A DNA stretch of 64,000 bases from Thermaerobacter marianensis (GTDB lineage Bacteria > Bacillota > Sulfobacillia > DVGY01). The notes beneath the pieces were generated by a model. It made no database searches. It was not told the DNA's origin and saw only the letters and a program-made list of their open reading frames with translations. Positions within the stretch are counted from its first letter, which is position 1; every line of letters begins with the position of its first letter. Positions 1 through 9,117 of the stretch are shown piece by piece. Both the position numbers and the translations under genes were made by a program. The DNA is taken from the NCBI GenBank assembly GCA_020724425.1, contig DYGY01000001.1, positions 89,501-153,500 on the forward strand, given 5' to 3'.

Positions 1-971
1 AAAAGCTTATATTTTTCTGCATTTTTTGCTTCTGCTAAGGATTGTTCATGGACGTCTTTTTTTCTAGCAAGCTTATCTAAGTGGTTCTTTAGAATATCAT
101 CTAGTTGTTTTCTTTTTTCTTCGAGCTTGTTTGTATTCTCTTTTTCTGTATAGACAATATCTAAGAGTTTGCTTGGTGAAGAATATTCCTTTATGTCCAT
201 ACCCTTAAGCATAAAGGGAGCAAAGGCTATTTTGCCTGGTCTTAGGGATGGGGTTGTCTGGTTATTGGCGATAGCATTAATATACTCTTGTACCTTGAGA
301 ATGACTTCCTCCTGATTCTGTTCATTCCAGGGGAGATCTGGGTCATAGTTAAGACTTAAGAGAATCTCGCTGCTGCTCTGTGGGCTTAACCCCTCTATGT
401 TCTTAAATAGTGTCTCTCTCATGGTTCCTGCCTGATTTTCAGGAATTATTGTTTCTTTTAAGAGGTTAATTTTTCCTTGGGCAGGTGGTAGAATGTATTT
501 CTGGCTAGGTAAAACGGTACGGATACGACTTAAGTATGGAGGAATTCTTTTAATGGCATCAAGGATCTTTCCTTCATTATCTAAAAGGATGATGTTGCTG
601 TGTTTACCCATGAGTTCAACTACCAGTCTGTGACTGGTATTCATTCCAAGTTCATCATAACCTTGAAAATCTAGATAGCAGATTCTTTCTAGTTCATGTT
701 GAGATATGGAGTGGAGGATAGCTCCTTGGAGGTGCTTCCTTAGTACCATGGTGAACATTGGGGGAGTGGGTGGGTTAACTGACTTATGCTCTGTTAGATG
801 TATCCTAGCAAAACGAGGATGAGCAGAGATGGAGAGTCTTTTTGAACCTCTAGCCTGCAAAAGGAATACCAGTTCCAGATTATCAGGCTGGTGTATCTTC
901 TCCACCTTTGCTGGTAGGATGGAAGCTATCTCGTTAACTATGGCTTTTAGCATTAATCCATCAAAGCTCAT
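1..971 (-). CDS. rqcH: RqcH/FbpA-family (NFACT, fibronectin-binding protein A-like) ribosome quality control protein, 3'-truncated at the window edge
   Basis: Minus-strand ATG at 971 preceded by an AAGGGGGT RBS. The frame stays open to position 1. The N-terminus MSFDGLMLKAIVNEIASILPAKVEKIHQP... is typical of FbpA/RqcH. It is absent from the ORF track because no stop lies inside the window. Confidence 0.7.
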   Translation of the reverse strand, partial: MSFDGLMLKAIVNEIASILPAKVEKIHQPDNLELVFLLQARGSKRLSISAHPRFARIHLTEHKSVNPPTPPMFTMVLRKHLQGAILHSISQHELERICYLDFQGYDELGMNTSHRLVVELMGKHSNIILLDNEGKILDAIKRIPPYLSRIRTVLPSQKYILPPAQGKINLLKETIIPENQAGTMRETLFKNIEGLSPQSSSEILLSLNYDPDLPWNEQNQEEVILKVQEYINAIANNQTTPSLRPGKIAFAPFMLKGMDIKEYSSPSKLLDIVYTEKENTNKLEEKRKQLDDILKNHLDKLARKKDVHEQSLAEAKNAEKYKL

Positions 972-1100
972 GATATTACCCCCTTAATCACCTTAGTATA
1001 TCATCAGGGAGGAGAAGGGGACAAGGTGAGGAGTCTATTTGGGTTTAGGGGCTTTCTATCTGGGCAGGCTAAGTTTAAGAGATAGTTGGAGGGATTAGCC

Positions 1101-1271
1101 ATGGGTTTAAAGAAAAAGTCTATAGACAGGGATGAGATTCTGGCTTTTGCTGAGATTTATCCGGGATTGATGGCGGAACTTGAGGATAACTTGGCTCAAC
1201 TAAAGGAGATTATTAAGCAGAGTGAGGAGATTGTTAAGAAAATGGAATTGTTCTTAAACAGGAAAGAATAA
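1101..1271 (+). CDS. small hypothetical protein (56 aa), first gene of the ODH / B12-mutase-like module
   Basis: ATG at 1101 with a GGAGGG RBS 8 nt upstream. Its stop lies 35 nt before the downstream GTG start at 1307. Charged, helical-looking sequence with no recognisable family. Confidence 0.35.
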   Translation: MGLKKKSIDRDEILAFAEIYPGLMAELEDNLAQLKEIIKQSEEIVKKMELFLNRKE

Positions 1272-1306
1272 TATAATGGGAGTTGTGTTGGGAGGGGGTA
1301 TTTTTT

Positions 1307-2401
1307 GTGAGCAAGCCTCGTTTTGCTATTTTGGGGGCAGGACATGGTGGGCAAGCGATGGCTGGGTATCTGGCTTTGTTGGGTTATGAGGTAAGCCTTT
1401 TTACCAGAAGTCTTGAAACCATGATGGGTATAGAGAAGCATGGAGGTATCAAGTTAGGTGGTTCTCTAACTGGTATTGGTAGGTTGAGTCGTGTCACTGC
1501 TGACTATGGTACTGTTCTTGATAATGCTGATGTGGTTATGGTTGTGGTTCCTGCTTCTAGTCATAGGGATGTGGCTTTGAGTATAAGTCAGTATGTTCAT
1601 GAGAATCAAGTGGTTGTACTTAATCCTGGGAGAACGGGAGGAGCTTTAGAGTTTGATGCTCTGTTGAGGAGAAATGGTGTTAAGGGAGTTACTGTTGCTG
1701 AGACTCAGACGTTTTTGTTTGCTAGCAGGGTGATTGAACAGGGACAGGTAAATATCTATAGCATTAAGAATGAGGTTGGTTTTGCTGCTTTGCCTGCTTC
1801 TAGGACTGGGGAGATTCTTGGGTTTTTGGGGGATGCTTTTCCTCAGTTTAAGGAGTCGCCTAGTGTTTTGCATACCGGTTTTGATAATATTGGGGGTATT
1901 TTTCATCCAGCACCAACCTTATTGAATGCGGGTTGGATTCAGGCAACTGATGGTGCTTTCACATATTATCATCAGGGAATTACTCCGGCTGTGGCTAATG
2001 TTTTAGAGGCTTTAGATAGAGAGAGGCTTCAGGTTGCTAAAGTTTTTGATATCCAGGCCCAGAGTGCTCATGATTGGCTTGTTTGTGCTTATGGTGCCCA
2101 GGGGAATACTCTTTATGAAGCCATCCAAAATACTCTAGGCTATTCTGATATTAAGGCACCTGATACTTTAGACCATAGGTATATCTATGAGGATGTGGCT
2201 ACTTCTTTAGTACCTCTGAGTGCTCTAGCCAGGGTGGCAAATGTTGCTGTACCCGCTACTGATCTAATTATTGAACTAGCCTATTTAATGACAGGTACAG
2301 ACTATCGTTTAAGTGGCAGGTCATTAAAAACTATGGGTTTAGAGTATAGGGGTGTGGATGAAATACTTGAGTGGGTAAAGTTTGGGAAGGGAGTTGGTTG
2401 A
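1307..2401 (+). CDS. NAD(P)-dependent oxidoreductase of the octopine/nopaline (opine) dehydrogenase family
   Basis: GTG at 1307 with a GGGAGGGGG RBS. The N-terminal Rossmann motif is KPRFAILGAGHGGQAMAGYLAL. Overall length and the C-terminal helical domain are typical of the opine dehydrogenase / glycerol-3-phosphate-dehydrogenase-like fold. The stop overlaps the next start (TGAGTG). Confidence 0.6.
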   Translation: MSKPRFAILGAGHGGQAMAGYLALLGYEVSLFTRSLETMMGIEKHGGIKLGGSLTGIGRLSRVTADYGTVLDNADVVMVVVPASSHRDVALSISQYVHENQVVVLNPGRTGGALEFDALLRRNGVKGVTVAETQTFLFASRVIEQGQVNIYSIKNEVGFAALPASRTGEILGFLGDAFPQFKESPSVLHTGFDNIGGIFHPAPTLLNAGWIQATDGAFTYYHQGITPAVANVLEALDRERLQVAKVFDIQAQSAHDWLVCAYGAQGNTLYEAIQNTLGYSDIKAPDTLDHRYIYEDVATSLVPLSALARVANVAVPATDLIIELAYLMTGTDYRLSGRSLKTMGLEYRGVDEILEWVKFGKGVG

Positions 2402-4033
2402 GTGAAAACTATTGTTGCAGCAGCTGTTGGTGAGTGTGTTCATGTGGCTGGGCCTCTGAATTTTTTGAAACTGGCTGAAGAACAGGGGTATGAGACAACC
2501 TTTCTTGGTCCGGCTGTATCCATTGAGGAACTTTTAGGTGCAGTTATTGAAACTGATCCTGATATTGTGGCTGTAGGGTACAGGTTGACTCCTGAGACTG
2601 CCAGATATTTATTTATGGAGTTGGGTCAAGCCATCATGGAAACGGGTTTGGAGGATAAGGTGTTTATCTTTGGTGGTACTGATCCTGTAGCTAAAGTGGC
2701 TAAAGAAAGTGGGATTTTTGCTGAGGTTTTTGGTGGCAGTACACCAATTGAAGAGATTGTGGCTTTTTTGAAAGGTAAAGAGAGGGCCAAGGGAGAGATA
2801 AGCTATCCTGGTTCATTAAAAGGGAGAATTGAGTGGAAGGCACCGTGGCCGGTTATCAGGCATCATTTTGGTTTGCCAACACTTGAGGATACAGAGGCTG
2901 GTATCAGGAAGATTTCTGAAGCCAAGGTCTTAGATATTATTTCTTTGGGATTAGATCAGAATGCTCAGGAGGCTTTCTTCCAGCCCGAATTGGGAAAGAA
3001 GAGTCAGGATGGAGCTGGGGGGGTACCTGTACGTTCCTTTGAGGATTTTAGGAGTCTTTTTCTGGTTTCAAGGACTGGTAACTATCCTTTGATGCGAAGC
3101 TATAGTGGGACAAAGGATCTGGTTCCTTTAGCAGACGTGTTACATAGGAGTATTAATAATGCCTGGTCTGCTATTCCTCTAACCTGGTATAGTGTGCTTG
3201 ATGGTAGGGGTCCAAGGTCTGTTGCTGAGAGGGTAAGGGAGAGTCAGGAGGTTGCTAGATGGCATGGAGAAAGGGATATCCCTGTGGAGATGAATGAATC
3301 TCACCATTGGAGTCTAAGGGATGCCCATGACACTATTGCTGTTGCCATGGCGTATCTGGCAGCATATAACGCTAAGGAATCTGGTGTTAAAGAGTATATA
3401 GCTCAGTATATGTGGAATACACCTCCAGGTACCTCTTTTAGGATGGATCTAGCTAAGATGTTAGCTAAAAAAGAACTAATTGAGAGTCTTCATGATGAAG
3501 GTTTTGTAACTTACAGGCAGGTGCGGACCGGTCTTTCTAGTTATCCTGCTGATTTGGATATGGCTAAGGGGCAGTTGGCTTCCTCTACTCTTTTACAGAT
3601 GGCTTTAGAGCCTCATATTGTCCATGTGGTAAGTTTTTCTGAGGCTGATCATGCTGCAACTGCAGATGATGTCATTGAAAGCTGCAGGATTGCTGGACAG
3701 GTTATTAGAAATGCAATGCTTGGGCTACCTGATATGACAGCTGATCCTTTGGTGCAGGAAAGGAAAGAGGAGTTATTAAGGGAAGCAAAGATACTTTTAG
3801 AGGCTATTAACAGTCTTGGTCAGGATGGTCTTATTAATCCTGATGCTATCTCTAAAGCTATTGAGATTGGATTGCTAGATGCTCCTCACTTTAAAGGGAA
3901 TAGGTTTGCTAGGGGTGAACTTAAGACTAGAGAGGTTAATGGAGCCTATTATGCCATTGATGATAACGGGAAGATACTGAGGGAAGAGGAAAGAATAGAT
4001 AGGGTTTTTAAGAAGTATCTGAACCGCTCCTGA
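2402..4033 (+). CDS. fused cobalamin-binding domain (GlmS/MutS-like) + glutamate-mutase E-subunit-like barrel protein, 543 aa
   Basis: The N-terminal ~130 aa align collinearly with glutamate mutase S / methylmalonyl-CoA mutase B12 domains (KTIV..VG.C.H.AG ... AVIETDPDIV ... FGG). The canonical DxHxxG is replaced by ECVHVAG (Asp->Cys). The C-terminal ~400 aa show patchy collinear similarity to GlmE (e.g. ..AKESGVK.. and ..YPADLDMAKG.. versus GlmE ..AAEQGVK.. and ..FPQDESKAFG..). Only 2 Cys, so not a radical-SAM protein. Confidence 0.5.
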   Translation: MKTIVAAAVGECVHVAGPLNFLKLAEEQGYETTFLGPAVSIEELLGAVIETDPDIVAVGYRLTPETARYLFMELGQAIMETGLEDKVFIFGGTDPVAKVAKESGIFAEVFGGSTPIEEIVAFLKGKERAKGEISYPGSLKGRIEWKAPWPVIRHHFGLPTLEDTEAGIRKISEAKVLDIISLGLDQNAQEAFFQPELGKKSQDGAGGVPVRSFEDFRSLFLVSRTGNYPLMRSYSGTKDLVPLADVLHRSINNAWSAIPLTWYSVLDGRGPRSVAERVRESQEVARWHGERDIPVEMNESHHWSLRDAHDTIAVAMAYLAAYNAKESGVKEYIAQYMWNTPPGTSFRMDLAKMLAKKELIESLHDEGFVTYRQVRTGLSSYPADLDMAKGQLASSTLLQMALEPHIVHVVSFSEADHAATADDVIESCRIAGQVIRNAMLGLPDMTADPLVQERKEELLREAKILLEAINSLGQDGLINPDAISKAIEIGLLDAPHFKGNRFARGELKTREVNGAYYAIDDNGKILREEERIDRVFKKYLNRS

Positions 4034-4048
4034 TGGGGCGGTTTTTTC
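4022..4048 (+). terminator. rho-independent terminator closing the ODH / B12-mutase-like module
   Basis: AACCGC-loop-GCGGTT stem overlapping the stop codon, followed by TTTTTTC. Confidence 0.6.
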
Positions 4049-4106
4049 ATTCATAGAACGGTTGGTTCTGGCATATCGATTTAATGGTTTCCAAGGAGGA
4101 GATGCC

Positions 4107-6656
4107 ATGACCAACTGGTCTTTAGGTAGCTATCAGGATGTACTTAAGGAGTTAAGAACCTCTTTAGAGGGCTTATCTACCAAGGATAGTCAAAAGAGGT
4201 TAGAGGAGTTTGGCTATAACCGGTTGCCGGAAGGGCAAAAGACCAACTGGGTTCTAGTTTTTTTAGGTCAGTTTAAGGAATTAATGGTCCTAATCCTGCT
4301 AGCGGCAACAGTGGTCTCTTTCCTTTTAGGGGAAAGGGTTGATGCCATAACCATCGCAGTCATTGTTCTGCTTAATGCCATTCTAGGATTTGTGCAGGAA
4401 TTCAGGGCAGAACAGGCTTTAGAGGCATTAAAGAGTTATGCAGCTCCTATAGCTCGAGTTAGAAGAGATGGTAGGGTAGTTAAGATAGATGCAGAGGAGT
4501 TAGTACCAGGAGATATCTATTTGCTTGAAGCGGGTGATAGGGTGCCTGCAGATGGCAGGATTATTGAAGCCCATGAATGTGAGATTGATGAAGCGGCTTT
4601 AACCGGGGAATCTGTTCCGGTTAATAAGCGGGAGGAGACTTTAAGGGAAGCAAAGCCTTTAGCAGATACCGCCAACATGGTGTATCAGGGGACCATGGTT
4701 ACTAGGGGCAGGGCGATAGCGGTTTTGGTGGCAACAGGGGCAAAAACTGAGGTTGGCAAGATAGCTCATCTTTTGCAGGAGGCAACGGTAGGGATGACAC
4801 CTCTGCAGAAACGGTTGCATAAGCTTAGTATTGTGCTTGTAGCTGTCTGTCTTAGTGTTTCTGCTTTTGTGGCTTTAGCAGGGGTTATCAGGGGTGAGTC
4901 TATCTACAAGATGTTTCTAGCAGGTGTAAGTATGGCTGTAGCTGCTATCCCTGAAGGTCTACCAGCTATTGTAACTATTGCTTTGGCTATTGGGGTACAA
5001 AGAATGATAAAGATTAATGTCATTGTCAGAAGATTACCCACGGTAGAGACCTTAGGTTGTGCTACAGTTATCTGTTCAGATAAGACGGGAACTCTGACAG
5101 AGGGAAGGATGGCTCTAAGGGAGATAAGGTTTCAAAATAGGATATTGACTATAGATGAGATTGATAGTGATTTGGCAGAGAGTATTCTTCTGAGTACGGC
5201 TTTAGTTGAAGAGGGAGACCCCACTGAGGTTGCTCTGGTAAGGGGAGCTAAAGAAAAGGGGGTTTCAATAGAGGGTGTATTAAAAAGATGGGAGAAGCTT
5301 GGGGAGATTCCCTTTTCTTCTGAGCGAAAAATGATGACTGTAGCCTACAGGGATAGAAGGACAGGGGAAATCTGGGTCTTTAGCAAAGGGGCTATTGATG
5401 TCATCCTAGATAAAAGCCAAATGGTTGATAAGGTGAGGTTACACAAGGATAACGAAGAAATGGCGGGACTTTCTTTAAGAGTATTAGCTCTGGGTAAAAA
5501 GAAACTTACCTCTTTAGAGGAAGAGTGGGAAGAGGGTTTAGAGTTTCTGGCTTTGATGGGTATTTCTGACCCCCCCAGGAAAGAAGTGAAGCTCTCATTA
5601 GCAAAGAGCAGGAAAGCTGGTATAAAAACCATTATGGTTACAGGAGATCATCCCGCTACTGCTAAATCCATTGGGGAGCAGATTAATCTTTTGCCTCCTG
5701 GAGGGATTGTTCTAACAGGTGCTGAATTAGATAATCTTAGTGATCTGCAGTTAAAGAATCTTCTACCTAGGGTGTATGTACTAGCTCGAGTTACTCCTTC
5801 ACATAAGCTCAGAATTGTCAGGGTGTTAAAAGAGAGTGGTCACGTGGTGGCTATGACCGGTGATGGGGTTAATGATGCTCCTGCTGTTAAGGAAGCGGAT
5901 ATTGGTATAGCTATGGGTAGGAGTGGTACAGATGTAACTAAAGAGGCTGCCTCATTAGTTCTTTTAGAGGATAACTTTTCAGCTATTGTTGAGGCTATTG
6001 AACAGGGTAGAGCCATTTATGATAATATTCGTAAGTTTTTGCGCTATTTGCTTTCCTGTAATACTGGGGAGATTCTGGTTATGCTGGTGGGTACTCTGTT
6101 GGGTTTGCCTTTACCTTTGCTGCCAATTCATATTCTGCTTGTTAATCTAGTTACTGATGGTCTGCCTGCTCTGGCCTTAGGGGTGGAACCTCCCGATTCA
6201 GAAGTGATGACAAGGAAGCCAAGGGATCCTAAAGAGGGTATTTTAGCAGGGGGTCTAGGTATCAGGATAATTATGAAGGGTATAGCTATTGCTTTAGCAG
6301 CTATCGGGGTTTTTGTCTATCTTTTAAGTACTGGCAGTGATGTGGATAGGGCTAGGACAGCTGTTCTGGCATCATTGGTGCTTTCTCAGCTTGTGCATGC
6401 TTTTGAGGTGAGAACAGAGAACAGGTCATTATGGGAGCTAAATCTCTGGGGAAATCGCTATCTACCCTTAGCTGTTGGTTCCTCGTTATTGATTCTTTTG
6501 GGTGTTATTTATCTCCCCTTTGGAGCTATCGCTTTTCAGACTGTACCATTGGGATTATATGAGTGGTCAGTTGTGGTCCTGTTTACAGCTTTAAGTGCTG
6601 GTGTGGTAGATATTTTTAGTGTTAATCTAAGGAGAGTAGCTTTTGGGAGTCTGTGA
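4107..6656 (+). CDS. P-type cation-transporting ATPase, Ca2+-ATPase (PMCA/SERCA-like, YloB-type)
   Basis: AAGGAGG RBS before ATG 4107. DKTGTLT phosphorylation motif, TGDGVNDAPA hinge motif, ~10 TM segments. Confidence 0.8.
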   Translation: MTNWSLGSYQDVLKELRTSLEGLSTKDSQKRLEEFGYNRLPEGQKTNWVLVFLGQFKELMVLILLAATVVSFLLGERVDAITIAVIVLLNAILGFVQEFRAEQALEALKSYAAPIARVRRDGRVVKIDAEELVPGDIYLLEAGDRVPADGRIIEAHECEIDEAALTGESVPVNKREETLREAKPLADTANMVYQGTMVTRGRAIAVLVATGAKTEVGKIAHLLQEATVGMTPLQKRLHKLSIVLVAVCLSVSAFVALAGVIRGESIYKMFLAGVSMAVAAIPEGLPAIVTIALAIGVQRMIKINVIVRRLPTVETLGCATVICSDKTGTLTEGRMALREIRFQNRILTIDEIDSDLAESILLSTALVEEGDPTEVALVRGAKEKGVSIEGVLKRWEKLGEIPFSSERKMMTVAYRDRRTGEIWVFSKGAIDVILDKSQMVDKVRLHKDNEEMAGLSLRVLALGKKKLTSLEEEWEEGLEFLALMGISDPPRKEVKLSLAKSRKAGIKTIMVTGDHPATAKSIGEQINLLPPGGIVLTGAELDNLSDLQLKNLLPRVYVLARVTPSHKLRIVRVLKESGHVVAMTGDGVNDAPAVKEADIGIAMGRSGTDVTKEAASLVLLEDNFSAIVEAIEQGRAIYDNIRKFLRYLLSCNTGEILVMLVGTLLGLPLPLLPIHILLVNLVTDGLPALALGVEPPDSEVMTRKPRDPKEGILAGGLGIRIIMKGIAIALAAIGVFVYLLSTGSDVDRARTAVLASLVLSQLVHAFEVRTENRSLWELNLWGNRYLPLAVGSSLLILLGVIYLPFGAIAFQTVPLGLYEWSVVVLFTALSAGVVDIFSVNLRRVAFGSL

Positions 6657-6694
6657 TATAATATAGGGAAATATTTCTTGGAGGGAGCAGATGG

Positions 6695-7519
6695 ATGGAG
6701 CTTAGATTCACGAAACTACAGGGATTAGGTAATGACTATCTCTTTTTTGATACTATCAGTGAAGATATGAATGAGTTGGATTGGGCCGCTCTTTCTAGGG
6801 ATATCTCTAACAGGCATTTTGGAGTTGGTTCTGATGGAATCATCCTGATTCTACCTTCAGACATGGCTGATTTTCAGATGCGGATTTTTAATGCGGATGG
6901 TAGTGAGGCGATGATGTGTGGTAATGGGATTAGGGGTTTTGGTAAGTATGTCTATGATCATGGTCTAACTAATAAAGAAGAGTTGGATATTGAAACAAGG
7001 GCAGGTATTAAAAAGCTTAAGCTTAATACTGAGGCAGGAAAGGTAGTTTCTGCGATAGTTGATATGGGAAAACCAAAGCTCAAGGATTCTGTTACCTTAG
7101 AGGCTTTAGGTGTTTCTTTTTCTTTTCAGGAGGTCTCCATGGGTAATCCCCATATAGTGGCCTTTGTCAAAGATCCGTATTTGATTCCTTTGGAGGAGTA
7201 TGGGCCTATTTTTGAGAAGGCTTATCCTGATGGCACTAATGTGGAGTTTGTAGCTGTTGATAATTATGGAGAGATAACTATGAGGGTGTGGGAGAGAGGT
7301 TCTGGCATTACCATGGCCTGTGGTACGGGAGCCTGTGCTTCCATGGTAGCAGCATTCAGTCAAGGAGTAGTTGATAGTGTGGTTGTAGTCAAACAACCTG
7401 GTGGAGATTTAATGATTAGCTGGAAACCCGGTGAGTCTTGTTTGATGGAAGGACCAGCAGTTGAGGTATTTACCGGGGTATACTATTGGCAGGAGGGGAA
7501 GATTCTTGGAAAGAGCTAA
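6695..7519 (+). CDS. dapF: diaminopimelate epimerase
   Basis: N-terminus MELRFTKLQGLGNDYLFFD and the two catalytic Cys regions (MCGNGIR, ACGTGACA). Confidence 0.85.
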   Translation: MELRFTKLQGLGNDYLFFDTISEDMNELDWAALSRDISNRHFGVGSDGIILILPSDMADFQMRIFNADGSEAMMCGNGIRGFGKYVYDHGLTNKEELDIETRAGIKKLKLNTEAGKVVSAIVDMGKPKLKDSVTLEALGVSFSFQEVSMGNPHIVAFVKDPYLIPLEEYGPIFEKAYPDGTNVEFVAVDNYGEITMRVWERGSGITMACGTGACASMVAAFSQGVVDSVVVVKQPGGDLMISWKPGESCLMEGPAVEVFTGVYYWQEGKILGKS

Positions 7520-8666
7520 ACGAATTAATGCGGTACCACCCTATCTTTTTGCTGAGATTGATAAGAAAAAGGAAGCGGCGATTGAGAGGGGGGTGGATGT
7601 AATCAGTCTGGGTATTGGTGATCCAGATCAACCCACCCCGGATCATGTGGTAGAAAGGTTGATAGAGGAGGCTAGGAAGTCTTCTAATCATCAGTATCCT
7701 AGTTATGTTGGTCATAGGGAGTTTCGTAAAGCAGTTAGTCAGTATTATTTTAACAGGCATGGTGTTGAAGTTGATCCAGGGGATGAAGCTATCGCTCTAA
7801 TTGGCTCGAAAGAGGGTTTAGCTCATATGATCTGGGCTTATGTGGAAGAAGGGGATTATGTTTTGGTACCTGATCCTGGTTATCCGGTTTATGGCATTCA
7901 TACAAGCCTTGCCGGGGGAAAGGTCTTTGATATGCCTCTTTTAGCTGAAAATGGCTATTTACCTGATTTTTCAGCTATTCCTGAGGAGATAGCCAAAAAG
8001 GCTAAGATTATGTTCCTTAACTATCCGAATAATCCGACTGCCGGTGTGGCTGATCTTAGTTTTTTTGAGGAAGCGGTTGCTTATGGGAAGAAGTATGACA
8101 TTCTGATTTGCCATGATGCAGCTTATACAGACATTACCTTTGATGGTTATGTGGCTCCAAGTATTCTTGAGGTTAATGGTGCTAAGGATATTGCTATTGA
8201 ATTTGGTTCTCTATCTAAACCGTATAATATGACGGGTTGGCGTATTGGTTATGCTGTTGGTGGTAAAGAATATATTGATGCTTTGGGAATAATTAAGACC
8301 AATACGGATTCCGGTCAGTTTACCGCTATTCAAAAAGCTGGTATTGAAGCCTTGCTGAATACCCCTAAGGAGTTTAGGGATAGTCTTAATAGTATGTATC
8401 AGAGGAGAAGGGATCTTGTGATTGGAAGCTTAAAGGAGATTGGTATTGAGATACCACCACCAAAGGGTTCCTTCTATATCTGGGCTCATGTACCAAAGGG
8501 GTATGGTTCAGCTGAGTTTGTTTCTTTGGTATTAGAGAAGACTGGTGTCGTCCTTACTCCTGGCTCTGCTTATGGGAAACAGGGTGAAGGATATTTCAGA
8601 ATCAGTTTAAGTGTTGCTGATGATCGTTTAGAGGAAGCCATGAAAAGGTTAAAGGACCTATTTTAG
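7506..8666 (+). CDS. dapL: LL-diaminopimelate aminotransferase (class I aminotransferase)
   Basis: TTG start 7 nt after AGGAGGGG, overlapping the dapF stop. Motifs AVPPYLFAEIDKK and LGIGDPDQPTP are typical of DapL. Adjacent to dapF. Confidence 0.75.
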   Translation: MERAKRINAVPPYLFAEIDKKKEAAIERGVDVISLGIGDPDQPTPDHVVERLIEEARKSSNHQYPSYVGHREFRKAVSQYYFNRHGVEVDPGDEAIALIGSKEGLAHMIWAYVEEGDYVLVPDPGYPVYGIHTSLAGGKVFDMPLLAENGYLPDFSAIPEEIAKKAKIMFLNYPNNPTAGVADLSFFEEAVAYGKKYDILICHDAAYTDITFDGYVAPSILEVNGAKDIAIEFGSLSKPYNMTGWRIGYAVGGKEYIDALGIIKTNTDSGQFTAIQKAGIEALLNTPKEFRDSLNSMYQRRRDLVIGSLKEIGIEIPPPKGSFYIWAHVPKGYGSAEFVSLVLEKTGVVLTPGSAYGKQGEGYFRISLSVADDRLEEAMKRLKDLF

Positions 8667-8705
8667 GCATAGTAGTTTTTGAGGTACAAGCATGGAGGGA
8701 TCTAG

Positions 8706-9104
8706 ATGGAGCTTTTTGAGGCCTTTACGGAAATAGCTAAAAAAGATCTAGAGGCGGCAAATTTATTAAAGGATAACGGTTTTGTTCCTCAGGCTATTTT
8801 CTTTGCTCAGCAGGGAGCTGAGAAGTCTGCTAAGGCCTTTCTTTACAAGAAGGGTCTTGGGCCTATTAAGAGCCACTATTTGCCCTCTATTTTCAAAAGG
8901 AATTTTCCTGATGAGCAGGCATTGAAGGATATCGTGGAGAATCTTGATTTTTTAGATAATTTCGTTAATGATACTCGTTATCCCCTTGGGAATAATCAGG
9001 GTTATCAAAGTCCTGCAGATATCTATACTATAGAGGATGCTAAGAACGCCATTAACAGAGCAGTACGAGTTAAAGAGGATTTGGAGAGATTATATGGGGA
9101 ATAG
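8706..9104 (+). CDS. HEPN-domain protein (PF05168-like), no partner nucleotidyltransferase
   Basis: AEKSAKAFLYKKGLGPIKSHYLP plus a downstream TRYP motif match the HEPN helical signature. 132 aa. GGAGGGA RBS. Confidence 0.55.
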   Translation: MELFEAFTEIAKKDLEAANLLKDNGFVPQAIFFAQQGAEKSAKAFLYKKGLGPIKSHYLPSIFKRNFPDEQALKDIVENLDFLDNFVNDTRYPLGNNQGYQSPADIYTIEDAKNAINRAVRVKEDLERLYGE

Positions 9105-9117
9105 GGGCTGATTATTC

